A stretch of 54,183 bases of DNA, from contig JASCQW010000168.1 in NCBI GenBank assembly GCA_030264375.1, forward strand, positions 12,684,197-12,738,379. Reading direction: 5' to 3'. Numbering within the stretch: position 1 is the first letter of the stretch; the number at the start of each line of letters is the position of its first letter. The translations under genes and the position numbers were made by a program. Source of the stretch: Carcharhinus longimanus. Its lineage: Eukaryota. A model generated the notes under the pieces. The model did not search any database, had not been told where the DNA came from, and saw only the letters and a program-made list of their open reading frames with translations. This document shows, in pieces, positions 1 to 13,175 of the stretch.

Positions 1-473
1 GAAATACACACCTCTGATTGTTGGCCTGATTGCAATTAAATAGAAAATATGCAGTNNNNNNNNNNNNNNNNNNNNNNNNNNNNNNNNNNNNNNNNNNNNN
101 NNNNNNNNNNNNNNNNNNNNNNNNNNNNNNNNNNNNNNNGCCCATGTTGTTTCAGTGCCTCAAACTGAGCACGGTCAGCATCGTTCGCAAGACGTGAACT
201 TGTTGCCAATGAAGCAGAGTCTGATTCATCACACTGATAAGTCAGTTAAAATCAGCAAACAATAGGTTTGATCAGGTGACAGTGGATCTTAATGAGGGTC
301 AGGGCTGTTGGTGGCAGTTTATAAAACAACATGTCACTTTTGCTCTTTGAAGACATTGAAAAGCACAGCGTATATGGTTGTCAGATCCCACTAAATGAAA
401 TGTCGGTTACAAGTAATTGCAGAGTCATGTCACCTTGCGCCATCCAAGGTCACTGCCAGTTTGTGATACCCAC

Positions 474-597
474 CAGAATGACCTTCTCCATTTCTTTGGC
501 TGGACACCAGTGAAACATCCCAGTGGAATCATATTTCTTCACGCTGGCGTCCATTTCCTCTATCTGATCATTTCCTGGAATTGACAAGGGGTCATGC
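474..597 (-). CDS. KCNMA1: KCNMA1 constitutive exon, RCK1-RCK2 linker: (R)[41 protein letters not shown]
   Basis: Minus strand reads ctgcag|GCATGAC...ATTCTG|gtgggt. 124 nt, phase 2 to phase 0. Translation matches the Slo1 segment [28 protein letters not shown]. Confidence 0.97.
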
Positions 598-3500
598 CTG
601 CAGAGACAAGGGAATCAAGGCAAAGAGTTGTCTATCAGCCTGACACCTCACTCAATCTGCTTTGACCAGTTGACAAGTTACTGCTGGCCAGGAACACATT
701 TAGTGGACGCGAGTGGTTTAATTTACAAGCAATCGCGTTACTGCAGTACTTACTCTAGCCAGCCACACCCTCCCTGCCACCCACCCCGCTCCCCCCCGAA
801 AAAAAAACCTGATCAAAAGGCAGACATTAACTGCTGCAATGAGGTGAAATAGATAGAGACAGAGCTTCACGCTGGCTGAGTGGCATGAAGATGAAAAGCC
901 AATTACAGGCTTTTACCGCATACAACTTCCGATGCTGTTCTCTGTGCAATAAAAGCTTTAACAGGGTACACTTGATATATTTTAGCAATTTTACCCCCAT
1001 CATATTTTGCTTTTTTGAAAACTGGAAGCCATTAAAGTTTCAGAGGATGTCAGCTCGGAGCAGATTGATTAATTTACATCTACATTGCGAGCAGATGATT
1101 TTTCTCCAGAAGAACACTGAGTATAAAAGTGGTCCTCAGCAGCTGCCACCTGGCCATCAACGCCTGCACTTCTAACATTTCACTGCATTCTGCACATCCA
1201 TCATTCACTAGCAGCTGTCATCCCAAGTCTCTGTCTTGAATAGTCAGCAATAGAGCTTTAAAAACCCCTTTTCATTCTGACCTTAGCTGAAACTCTACCA
1301 GAATTCCCATTACTTCAAATTCCATCTCTTAAGGGGTAATTACACCTGCGACATACCTTTCTTCAAACTACATCAGTTGCACTTAAGACAAAATTTTCAA
1401 TGCACATGGCAACCCTGCTCAGACACCTGAAATGAGATTATTTTCAATTCTAAAGCTGTAAATTTTATAAGTCAGCTGCTATACTTATTAATAAATGAAA
1501 CACTGGACAAAGGCTAGAGTATATATTTGCATGTGTGCAAGTGGACTTCAACAATTCTGTCTCTTAAATGTGTAGTGAGGATTCAATAAATGCAAAAAGG
1601 GCTAGCTGTTTAACCCTTTCACCTGGAGAGGTTCACACTGTGAGTCCTTTATTGACCCTGGAGTTGTTGTGTGTAATGTACTGTTTGTACTGCAGACCTC
1701 TCTTGTGTAATGCAGTGTTCAGTGCTGATAGCTCCCCAGTGTAATGCGATGCTTCATATAGTCTGAGGTGAGCACTGTAGACATTCGAGAACATTTACTA
1801 CATGGAATTAATTAGACAGTGGGTGAAAGTACCTTTGCAGAAGTACAGGGTTGAGACTGTCCGTTCATCATAGCTTCAATGGGTTAAAAGTGAAAGCTTA
1901 GAGTTAAATTTCAGTTGCTCTGTGTGGATTTAAATTAACCTGCTTTGAAAGGGCAACTTACTCATTAAAAAAAAGGCTTTATTCTGGCTCTGTTTAATTT
2001 TTGTACATTTTTTATGTATTTTTTAGTGTCCCTTAATATAAATAGTGAATCACTAATGAATTTATCACTGAAAATAGTGTCCTGTAGCAAGGCAAGAATG
2101 TGTTGTCAAATCTGCTACAGGCAAGGGCCCGTTTGGAACATTGCATCCAACCATGCAGCTCAACGACGAGTAGAAATTGTGGGTAATGTACTATGAGTGC
2201 ACACTAACCAAGCTGCCTCACAAGCAACAGCCAGAAGCAAAACCACAATCCTATCCAGTAATGTTGCTGGGGATAGATTTCCTGCAGATCCGACAAAATA
2301 TTGCTTCTCGCTTGGCATTTCAGTCATGCCTGCTCGAAACCTTGCACGTTTATTTAATTTCCCCCCTCGTTTTCTGCATTCCACACTCTCAGTCCTTCAC
2401 AATCATCATGACAAAACATTTGTCTATTAAAATGTTCGTCGCCTAGATGCATGCAGTCAGTGCAGGTGCTAATAACTGCGAAACCATTTAGTGATTTTAC
2501 ACCATGGCTGAATATTTCATGACGCTCTGTGTGTTTCACGATTTAGTCAATGGACCTCTGTCACTTCAATCTTTGCTGACTGCCTTGACTGGCGCAATAA
2601 AGCTCCGCCAAGATAGCTATCTTTCACCAACTGTCACTCATTGCAGCCTGTCACTGGCAAACTCTTGTTGAACGCTACTACTCACAGGGAATAACTACGA
2701 CATTTGTTACACCGTAATGCTCTGTTCTGATGGATTTGAACAAATGCGTTGTGATTAATAGACCCAACATTCACCGACTACAATTAGAAGCAAGTATCCG
2801 ATGACCCTCTGAAATCCAACAGAATGGTATTAATTTCATGTAAAGAATGTCAGACTGGCACTCGTTAGAACTTGTTATACTGAAGGCTCAAACAGTTCTG
2901 TGCTTGGCGTTCAAGCTGCGTTTAGCAATTCCAATGTGATGCTGACTAGACAGCACTAGCAGGGGATGACTATTCTTGCTCAGTCCCTCTCCACCAGGCA
3001 ATGAAAGCAGGCTGCTCTTTGAAATTTTCCATTCCCATCATGCAAACTGACAAAGGCATGCTTTTCAAAACCCACTTCCAAACTGTTGATCATTACTTAT
3101 TTACTAAGGCCTTGAGGCATGTGTGCCTGCAAAAACCATATTTGATACAATACATACCAGCTTATTCACCCTTGTGCAATAAGCACCCCTTAGGCTGACT
3201 TAAACCGGCACTTAATATTGCCCATAAAACGTAGCTTGTAATTCCAAAATATGTAATATTTAATGTATAATATTTCTGCAGGAAAAGGATTTCTGAAGGG
3301 TTCGGTGACTCTGTGTTCAGTAATTCTCTGTTTTGCTGTGGGCTATGAGTTAAAAAAACTGCACCAAGCATAGACGACCTGTCATTTCACTACCCAAGGG
3401 CCACTAATATAAAGGAGTACCCTACAGCAGCAAAACTTCGGCACAGCTTTGAAGCGTACGAGAACAGCAGAACTTGCTCCCTAGAATTATTACTGCATGC

Positions 3501-4129
3501 AGATCAAAAGAGCCAATGCATATTTTACATGGTAAACAGGGACCCTCTGCTCATCTGTGAAATGTTTGGAGTTTCTGTAAACCTGAAGCAATCTTCATGT
3601 AATATCGTTTCATATGCTAAGTGGATGAAGCTGTTTACTTGTCTAACATTGTACGCACTTTAATCCCTGACACAGGAGCCGCACAGTATCCATCACAGCC
3701 CTTCTTCTACCTTATCCCCACCAATTATTAGCTTCTCCTTCTTTCCTCTAAGTCAAAATCAATTAATGCCAAATTAATACAAATGGACAAGATAAAAGGA
3801 ATGTAGAAAATTTGGGTTCATTTTTCATTGCGCCGCCATATCTCACATATGGCCTAAAGTACAGAAAACAGGACTCGAAGGGCTTCGCGCAAACGGTGAA
3901 TAGCCTGAGGCAGAGTAACCGTATGAGTCTCTCTGATTGGTTACCGCTGTCATTAGTGCCATTGCTGTTTAAGAAGTACATGCGGACAGGCTGAGGTGAC
4001 AGCTGAGACTTTAAAGGCTGCGTTTTCTCTAACAGCTTTTCCTACCCTCTTTCATGACAGAAATATTTCAACTCTATCATTAACTGCTGACAGGCTGACA
4101 GAATAAATACTTCAGCCTTTAAGGATTTC

Positions 4130-4173
4130 TCTCTTGCTCGCTCACTCGCGCTCTCGCTCTCTCTCTCTCTCTC
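4130..4173. repeat. (CT)n microsatellite just downstream of the KCNMA1 donor at 4205
   Basis: Direct reading of the sequence. Confidence 0.9.
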
Positions 4174-4205
4174 TTTAGACACAAGAGTTCTTTAAGCTGT
4201 CTTAC

Positions 4206-4299
4206 CTCATCAGTTTGGGTGAACTGTTGGGTGAATTTCGCATACCTCCATTTCGCTGCTTCTTTTTGGGTGACAGAGCTGATGGGTTTTCATCTTGAA
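4206..4299 (-). CDS. KCNMA1: KCNMA1 exon downstream of splice site C2: (L)[30 protein letters not shown](R)
   Basis: tttgcag|TTCAAGAT...CTGATGAG|gtaaga. 94 nt, phase 1 to phase 2. Matches Slo1 [23 protein letters not shown] and joins the 474-597 exon in frame. Confidence 0.97.
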
Positions 4300-6991
4300 C
4301 TGCAAACATATGGAAGATGGGAGATTAGGAGCCATTTTAAGTCTGATACGATATGAAAATGAAATATTAAAAAAAATATATTAAACAGAAAGTGACTCAT
4401 TATGAAAGTTAAAGGTCCCCATTATAGGCAACTAACAAGATTTGAGAATAGGAGGATAACGTAGGGAAAGCACAATCAAAATGAGTTTAAAACCCTAGCT
4501 ATCACAACTAGGGTTATGTATTATTCAGTATTATTCAGACTACGGTGCTGTAAGGACAGTAAAACAGATAATTAAAGGAAAATTCAAATCAATACACATA
4601 GAAACAAAAAGAAGAGGAAGCTGAGTAGAAGCAGCCTAAATTTGGGTGGTCAGGGACACAAGGCATCACCGGCCACTCCAAAAATACAAGTAAACCACAC
4701 TCGGTATAGATTTAAATATATGTGATGTGCTGTAGTAATTTATTAAAAAAATGAATCAAACCACTCGGGTTAAAGACGGTGTCATCCCGAGCGTGCAGTT
4801 TTCACAAATGGGTGCCTGTGTTCAATCAGCAGTGGCCAAAGGAACTACACATGTACAACTTGCAGGGCTGGGTAAAGCACACAAGGTGACAGAAAATACT
4901 CCAGGGTGCGTCCTTTTTGCCTTTCAAACCAGGGCTGTTAAAAAAGGTAGACAAAGTTTAACTAAAGTATTTAATTCATTAATCCATTATGGACTATTAA
5001 TTGTTAGACCACTTAAACAGTATGTTACTACTCCAAAAATGTTAAAACCCACACAACACTGCGCCTTGCTTGTCATTCTGTTCATGGGGATTTAAATGCA
5101 TTTAGGCAAATAGCATATTTTCAGTTACTCTAACATCATCTGACACCTTATTTACATATTTATTGAATCACTGGAATTCAATTGGAATTGTTAAAATAGG
5201 TACAGAGTTAGCACGTTGCTGTGCTCTGTACAACCTGTAGTTTAGTTCTGTTAGGGTCAGGACTAATGTTTTATATGCACATTGGGTTATGGGGTGAATT
5301 CAGTGACTCACATGCAAGGATTATAAATCGGATTATCGACAATGGAAACCTGCAACCAATGCGGAATTTTGTAGAATGACAGGTCAGGAAAGAGTGTGTG
5401 GATCAAAGGTATGGAAGAGGAATGAAAAGATAGAGGAATTTAAGAGGTTGCTTCCAATGATTGGAGTCACAGAGTACAGGAAATAAGGTGCCATGGGAAA
5501 TTGTGGCATAACATTATGGTTTTAGGGTTTGCTGCATGTGCCTTTCCATTTATCATCTGCTAGATGCTATTAACTCTTTCAGTTTGTGCAGAATTACTGC
5601 ACGGTATACAACAGGAACACAGACGGAACCCATGATAAAAATACTTCCCCAGCCTTCAATACTGAACCCAATGACAGCAGCAACAACAAAAGAAGATATT
5701 TCTCTCTAAAGTGCACATAGGAATAAATTGAGATATTGCAACTACTCCAATATTTTTGACAGAATTGAAAAAGGCTGCCAGAATCTCCAGGAGAGCTCGA
5801 TTCATTGTGGCTGTCAGACTATGACGAACACATCAACCAGCGTTCAACAACACTGTCTAGAACACAATTAGCAAGAGATTCTAGTATAATATGCTGCTTA
5901 CAAAAAAAAACCCTTGCCAAGGGTTCTGGAGGACTGCAGCAGTGACGACAGTGTGAGTTGGAAAGAAAATAATTCATGGGCTGTTAAATCAGGGTGGACT
6001 GAGATACTGGGTGATTTGAAACGCTAAAGAGCAGGGCTTTGGCTCAGAAATTTTCAAACATTTTCTGGAACATGTTTAGTCAGACTTCAAACTGTTATTA
6101 CTGGCAAGTGATAAGATGACACAGTTCCACTCCCCCCTACCCTAAGACAGTGATCCACAAAACCTGGAACAGCACACTCTTTACCTTTAAAGCTGCAATA
6201 TGTTATTGTGAAACCACAAAAGTGTTTTCATTCCTCATTTGCAATATAATTTTTTAAACTTGCTTGAACATACATTTCCTTAGATTAAATCAGCATGGGC
6301 AGGTGGTTCTGAATAATGTAGATAGCCTTCATCTATTTGCGTTACTTATAAACATACAATAGTGTATGTGCATCAGCAGGTTCACAGAGTAATCTGTAAC
6401 TACTAATAATTCTACATGATATATTGAAAAAAAACATAATTGCTGAAAAATAATTTCAGATCATATCCAAACAGCTGTTTGTTGGGTTTATGCATTTTCA
6501 AATAATTTCTGCTTATTTTGAACTTAATTAAATTGTACTAAATCTATCCAAATCTCAGTCTCCCAGCGCTGGAAAACCTGAGCTTCAAACTCTCGAGCTC
6601 TGAAACTAGCTGTTTTTACCAAGAAGGGTTCTTTGTGTGTATGTGTGTGTGCGTGCACTCTCCTTTATTTTGAAAGTTAATTGCATTTATTTGGGTTTGT
6701 TTAAATGCCGCAATGAAATGGAGACTTAGCGCACATCAGACAATAAAAGGATCACTTCTGGGTGGACTGCACTCTTGTCACCACTTGGCAGATTTTCTGT
6801 GTGCGCCTGTTTTTTTTTAAGTACTGTTTGAAAGGAGGGGAAAAAAAGGCACCCCAAACTACGTTGTCATGCACAGCTGTCAGCACTGGCTGTGGAATGT
6901 GACCAAGGGCACCTATGGAGGTCACTGAAAACAGAACGGATGGACTGGTATCTGTACTCCATAGACAAGCTTAGTGCCTGATGTAACTTAC

Positions 6992-7111
6992 AGTGGACAA
7001 CACCTCCCTGTTCCCTTGCATTCAGCAGACACAGGCAACTGAGTGAAGGGTCACTGAGCAAGTAAACGTCCCCTTTGTTCCTGTTAACAAGCAGCATGGA
7101 TCCTGCCTCTT
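6992..7111 (-). CDS. KCNMA1: Candidate KCNMA1 C2 cassette exon, 40 codons: (Q)EAGSMLLVNRNKGDVYLLSDPSLSCLCLLNAREQGGVVH(F)
   Basis: ctgttacag|AAGAGG...GTCCACT|gtaagt. Consensus donor, 120 nt, phase 1/1 and stop-free in the KCNMA1 frame. A TGCATG motif lies about 120 nt downstream. No homologue recognised. Confidence 0.5.
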
Positions 7112-10100
7112 CTGTAACAGGTGCAGGCTTTGGCAAAAGCACGTGATTGTGGAATTGTGGGCTTTAAATGACTCACTTAGTAAACCCGCTTGAGCTTCAT
7201 CCTTTACTGACAAGTATGAAAGAGGAGATACATTAAAAACAAATTTAAACTGAGCATTGGCATTGTCAGAAATTATTTTTGATAGCATTCTACAACTTCT
7301 TTTCCTCTGTTCTGTTTAAAAAAAACTTAGATCAAATTTCACTGGCAAGTCTTGGCTGTCTAAAATATATAATCTGATGTTGCAGTGAGACAAATAGTTA
7401 CCAGCCAATTGGGATGCAGGACTTATAATCTTCAATGAGGCAAACAGTCAAACAAGCTTTCGCTGCACCTGTGCTTGTAGTTCATTATCTGGGATGCTGG
7501 CAAATTACTCAAAAGCAATCTGTATTAGTACAAATTGTACAGATAACACACTCGCTACCTTGTGACTGTGTTGCAGAGCTTTAGTGCTTATAATTGAATT
7601 GATGACAACTTACACACATGCTCCTTAAGCAACCTTTTAACAATCGGCACTATATGATGTATTCCATAATGCACATGGCATAAATGGTGTCAAACCAGAA
7701 ACCAGCCAAAGAGCAGATTTCCTCAATTCTGTTGTTAAGATAATTTACCATTTAACGAGAGATCAAATCATGCTTAAAAAGAAATCATGCATTTTCTCCC
7801 CTCTTCTCACTCACTTTGAAAAAAACTTGCAGACAATAGGAGAATATCAGTCTCCCACTGTACGGGTGAGTTCTTCATGGACCCCACAAAAGGTGATCTG
7901 AATCCATTCAATAATGGATATCCCAGCTGGAAGTTTCAGGACCTTCATGCTAACTTTTAAAAACCTGCTATCCATTTGGGAAACGCCCCGTCACTATTCA
8001 CCACTTGGATCTCAGTGTAGGTAAGCTAGGGAATATAGTGTGTGGGAAAAGCCAAATTCCAGGTCCCATTTCCTCCAATTCTGTGCTGCAGCAAACTGAG
8101 GATTAAAGTGTTTAAGGAAACCAGACCCATTTCCCTTAATTACTCACCAGTGCAACCTTCTCTTTTTCTAACTCCAGCTCCCATTGCTGCATTCTCAACG
8201 TGAAAGAGTTACCATTGTTTGCAGGATTGGGTAACTAGGCAGCAGTAAGATTTCTCATTGAAAATGAACCTAATTATGGACTCTCTGGGTTGCACAATAT
8301 TGTCCTGGGTCAGAACTGTGTTCAGCAACATCATGCTCTCCACAATGGGCCCCCACCTTGAAAATAATAACTAACGGACTCCGCAGTCTATACTTTGTGC
8401 TGACACTCATCAATACAAGCTCAACTTGTGAATGGGGGAGCAATAGAATCTACTGACCACAGTAGGAGAAACCCCACTGAAATTAAACTGTTCTCCTGTG
8501 ATACTGGCATTATTGTTCACAGACCTAATTCTGGAGCTGAGGTTTCAAGAAGACGCCTCCCCCGCGGGGGGGNNNNNNNNNNNNNNNNNNNNNNNNNNNN
8601 NNNNNNNNNNNNNNNNNNNNNNNNNNNNNNNNNNNNNNNNNNNNNNNNNNNNNNNNNNNNNNNNNNNNNNNNACTCCCCCCCCCCCCCCCCACCGTCTCC
8701 ATCCTACCTCCCATCAAACACACAAGATAGCAAATGGCCAATGGCATTGAGCAGACTCAACAAAAGTAACTTCTAAAAGGAAAATGTGTCCGTCCATCAA
8801 ATAATTTTAGCTGAAATTAATAAACATTGACATCAATTACAGTTTGCTTGATGCCAAATCTGAAGGTGCATTTCCTACAAGCTCTGGCATAATAACAGGG
8901 ACTGAGTGGAAATAATGTGTGACTCATGTATGCTTGATTAGTGTGCACAGTAATTGTAATAAATAGTGTCCTGTGAACAATAGCAAATCATTTGGATTAA
9001 TTTAATATTTGGAGAAGTGCTTGAGGGATCGACAATGATACAAATAAATATCTACAGAAAACGTATTTTGCCATATTTAATCAGGAGCATCTCATCATGA
9101 ATGACTTAAAATAATTATATCGCGCTATTTATCATTTCCCATTAATGTCTTTAACTTTGATAAGACATTGAGGATTGTCGAAAAAATTCAGATCAAATCC
9201 CGATAAGACTGGAGTTCTGAACTAAACATCTGAACCCGAGGAAGTGTAATGTGTTTTAGATTTCTCTTGTTGCTGCGTAATTAGACAGGGTTAATTCATT
9301 TCATCTGGTCATTATTATAAATCTTATTGAACTGATTGTCAAGCATCAGAAAACGTCAGAATGACTTATTGAGATCGTTTCACTTTTAATTTAAGCCAAT
9401 GGCTTTTTGTTTTGAAAAAACACTGCACTTCCACATTAATGAGGACACTTCCAGAAATCTCTGGACAACGGCAGCAAAAATCCCCAAACTAGCTTAGAGC
9501 AATCCGTGGAGGTTGATTCTAACGTCAGCTGCTGCTTAGATTCAAACCCCCGCACCGATAACTCCTGGATTCATCTGCGTGTTGTCAAACATGTACAGCA
9601 TTAGTTTGAGAATTCGCAGGGTGGCAGTTTCACTGAGGATCCAGAATGATCCAGACGGCTGCTGTCTATTTACGCGCGGCAAGGCAAATGATGTGCTTGC
9701 CGTGCATTTTTTCTCAGTTATGCAATGACTGGTTAGCAATTGAAAAGATAACATGAGAAAATATTCATACTTTTTTATCAGCAACTATGTTCCTTCAGCC
9801 TCCTCATTTATATTTCCCAGCTTGCACAATTTTAGAGCTAAAGGTCTTTGTCTCATCAGTAGTGAAGGGAAAGATGCAAAACGTTGTCAGGGAATATCTC
9901 TGGGTACGGTCAGCTTATAATCTTTCAGACATTGTGCTTAGCATTTGTTGCAAATGGACTTATCTGTACGTATGAAATCAGAACTGGTCGCACCCATTCA
10001 AATCAGATGCTATCTGTCAATTATATCCCTTTTGCAAAATCTAGAGAGTTAGCAATTTTAACATAAAGAGGCTTCAGAAAGGCATTTGTGGGAAATCTTT

Positions 10101-10211
10101 GATACTCTACTTAGGATCAAATGCAGCAGAATTTTCCAGTCGCCCGTGGGGAATAAATAGGAGGTATGGAAATAAACAGCCGATTTACTCTAATGCCAAA
10201 GAACGCAAGCC

Positions 10212-10240
10212 TGTGTGTGTGTGTGTGTGTGTGTGAGTGA
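10212..10240. repeat. (TG)n microsatellite
   Basis: Direct reading of the sequence. Confidence 0.9.
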
Positions 10241-11048
10241 GACAGTGTGACACTGTATGTAATATATAATAAACACAGGGTTCTCTGATACCTTATTCCT
10301 TAAGTAGCAGCACCACCTGCTGTTTAATACATTCATCTAATCATCTGCACTATCTCTTCCACACTCCACCAACTATTGCTTTAAGTTTAAATGAAAAACA
10401 ATTACTAGGCATTATGGAACTGGTTACATTTAGACATGAGGCAGTGTACAGTAGTATTATTAAGTGAAATGGCTCCATTTAATTAGTTAAATTTTTAAAA
10501 AGCATAATTTAAAACTAAAAATTAGACTGCACTGATTACTTGAATAAAAAAAGTCTAAAATATTCAACTATTTAATTGCATTTATTTTCACAAGGATTGT
10601 TTCCTTTTGTGTACTTAATGCCCTATCCCTGGCCTTGTGAAATCTGAATGAAGCTTTGTAAATGATAGTGTACATTAAAGGCAGTATCCATATTTGGCTC
10701 AGCTAAGCAGTGCTCAAATAAATACCATAGTCCATGTCACTGCACTTTTTAGTTTAACCACCACATTGTTGTTCCCACATTACAACAACGCAGAACAGCA
10801 AGAAACCCCACTTAGCTTTTAATGTAGCAATAAAGAGGCACATGCTATCAAAACAGCAAATGGAAGACAGTAAATCCAATCTTGAGTTCCAATAATGTTC
10901 ATGAAAGCATCGGATTGCTGCCCTCTTCATGGTCTTAATGACACCATTATAAACACTTGCTCCACCTGCAGGATTGTGGTTTTCTCCCAGGTACCTGTGT
11001 AATTGTCTGGAGTCCAGTTCAGCTTCATTCAAAGATCATTTTTAGAAC

Positions 11049-11285
11049 CTTTAAGATTACACTTCTTGTGTAATATGTTCAGAGGACGAGCAGACTGGAA
11101 ATCAGGATGGAGTTGGGGAAGTGACAGAGGATGGCTCAGCAGGCATTTCAAATACGTCCAGCAATTATTTTTGATCAATGGGCAGAACAGCACTTCAAGA
11201 CTTGCCACAAACGGCAGCTCGAAGGAGCCAGAGCTTTGCTGACGTTGCTGGCATCTGCACTTGAAGATTCGGCAGAAAGGAGCTG
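11049..11285 (-). CDS. Weak candidate KCNMA1 C2 cassette exon, 79 codons, Cys-rich: (P)APFCRIFKCRCQQRQ...HKKCNLK
   Basis: atatcag|CAGCTCC...CTTAAAG|gttcta. 237 nt, phase 1/1, open in the KCNMA1 frame, but both splice sites are weak. Confidence 0.2.
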
Positions 11286-12052
11286 CTGATATAGATAGTC
11301 TTCCTCGACATGTTTCACTTACAGCATCCCCCCCTCCAACCTCCCCAGTGCCTCTTTACAATTATCCAGGGAATAGCTGAATTGGAACAACTAAGGAGGT
11401 CCCAGGTCTAATCCCCGGTTTATTTTGTGTCAGGCAGGTGGGTGGGTGACCCAAACACCCTGGGTTAGAGAGGCACAAATTGGCTTTGCATTGTTGATAG
11501 GGACGCATGTTTAAACGTGGAGCTGGAAACATTTCTGTGATTGTTGCCCACTTGCATTCTCATACCCCCGTCAAGATAAATAATAACCACTCAAACAAAA
11601 CACCAAAGAGTGACCAGCATTTCTGTAACCATACCATGTTAGGAATCAAAACCTTAAAGAATTGGGGAGAAAAAAATACAATCCAATTCAAAGGCCAGTA
11701 CTTAAGCTAAAGAGTCCAGATATTTGACCCTATCTGTGTTGACTTAGGCACAACCCAGTGACATAAATGAAGAGGCTTAAGATTCAAAAGATCAATATCA
11801 GCCATTTCATCTGAGCAAATCTTGATTATGGCTGATCCCAGTATCACTGAAGTCTAATTGACAAAGTGGCTGCAAAAAAAAAACTAAAATAGATAATCAC
11901 TGCACTCCAACTAGAAGGACAAATCTAAAGGGAAGGCAAAAAATGCAGACGGGCAAGGCAGGTGGGTTAAGGGGAGAACACGGGGAAAAATAAATCAAAC
12001 GGGAGGCAAAAGGGACAGGGGTAAATTAATTGTTGACAAACCAATGACTTAC

Positions 12053-12085
12053 TTGAGCTGATATATCCGTTATAGCCATATTTTG
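12053..12085 (-). CDS. KCNMA1: KCNMA1 C2 alternative exon, 11 codons: (P)KYGYNGYISS(I)
   Basis: Long T tract then tgcattatcttcag|CAAAATATGGCTATAACGGATATATCAGCTCAA|gtaagt. 33 nt, phase 1/1. Resembles a YGYNGY insert I recall from non-mammalian Slo1 (recalled, not searched). Confidence 0.85.
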
Positions 12086-12836
12086 CTGAAGATAATGCAA
12101 AAAAAATGACAGGTTAAAAGATGCAGAAAACAAGAATTATGTTTCATGAAAGGTCAATGCGAAGCACAGGGAAAAGAAATTCAATACAGGGGACCTTAAG
12201 TTTTAAAATGTCAGGATTGGCCACGCACTCCACTCAGTGTCTCCCATACAGGTTACCATTTGTATTGCTTCTCGTGCTCATCTCTATATACAAATGAACT
12301 CCTAAGCCAAGCAATCACTGATGTATAGTGAGTGACATTCCCAACACCACCAAAAATGTGAAAATGACAAGGCGTACATCCCATAACGGCCATTAGAGAT
12401 CCTCGGGCCAATACAAAAATTCTATCACCGGTTTGGATACTGAGGAGAGATGCCCAGGTGTACCAATCTCTACTAAGCTTGTTGTAAAGTTTAGTATGCA
12501 GTTCCATGTCCCACGCCACCATTAATACCAACAGGAGAAAGGGGTATATGATGCTGGCCAGCAGGCATGGCACATTCTGAAGTCAAATCAAACTAGGCAG
12601 TTGCACCATGGATGTCATTTGCAGACTGAACCAGGGAGGCTGCTGGGAAAATTCCTTCGAAATAGAACATAGAGCAATGAAGGGATTGTGAAGAGGAGAA
12701 AAGTACATAGTTCAAGAAAGGAGTAAACCTCCACAGTGAAGCACCAGGCCAGAATTCGGATGGAAAATGAGTTCAATCCCAATTATCCTGAAGAAACTTA
12801 ATGATAGAAAACTGCAGTGCTAAATTGAGGAAGTAA

Positions 12837-12968
12837 AGGGATAAACTAATTGTTTGCAAACCGATGACTTCCACGAACTGATATATCTGACAGACAGCAC
12901 CACAAGAGCTCTTTGCAATCTAAGTAGCTTTTGCTTTTCTGTGTGGTGTTCTACTCTGGAGATAATGC
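12837..12968 (-). pseudogene. Decayed tandem duplicate (pseudo-exon) of the 33-nt exon and its flanks
   Basis: ataaactaattgtttgcaaaccgatgacttccacgaactgatatatct aligns with gtaaattaattgttgacaaaccaatgacttacttgagctgatatatcc (12021-12068). Acceptor side ctggagataatgc aligns with ctgaagataatgc. The donor reads ggaagt instead of gtaagt. Confidence 0.65.
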
Positions 12969-13175
12969 TAGCAGAAGAATTGCCTCACTAAAATTATTGA
13001 ATTCAGTGCTGACAAGTGCGATTGCTGTCTGCATCTGGATAGCCTGGGCGGAACTCTGTTTCTAATGCAGGCTGACTTGAGGAAAGAAACAGGAGCTGAA
13101 ATTTGCTTTGAGCCTGCTCTGGGTGAAGGTTTGCGCTTCTCCATAAAAGCTTTTGTATTATTCACAAAAGGTCAC

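Noticed and set aside
8555-8700. G run and C run flanking a gap, resembling an inverted repeat
   Set aside because: Typical homopolymer contig-end artefact.
9542-9784. CpG-containing ORF in the C2 intron
   Set aside because: I could not find a matching acceptor and donor pair; it may be a conserved non-coding element but the sequence alone cannot show that.
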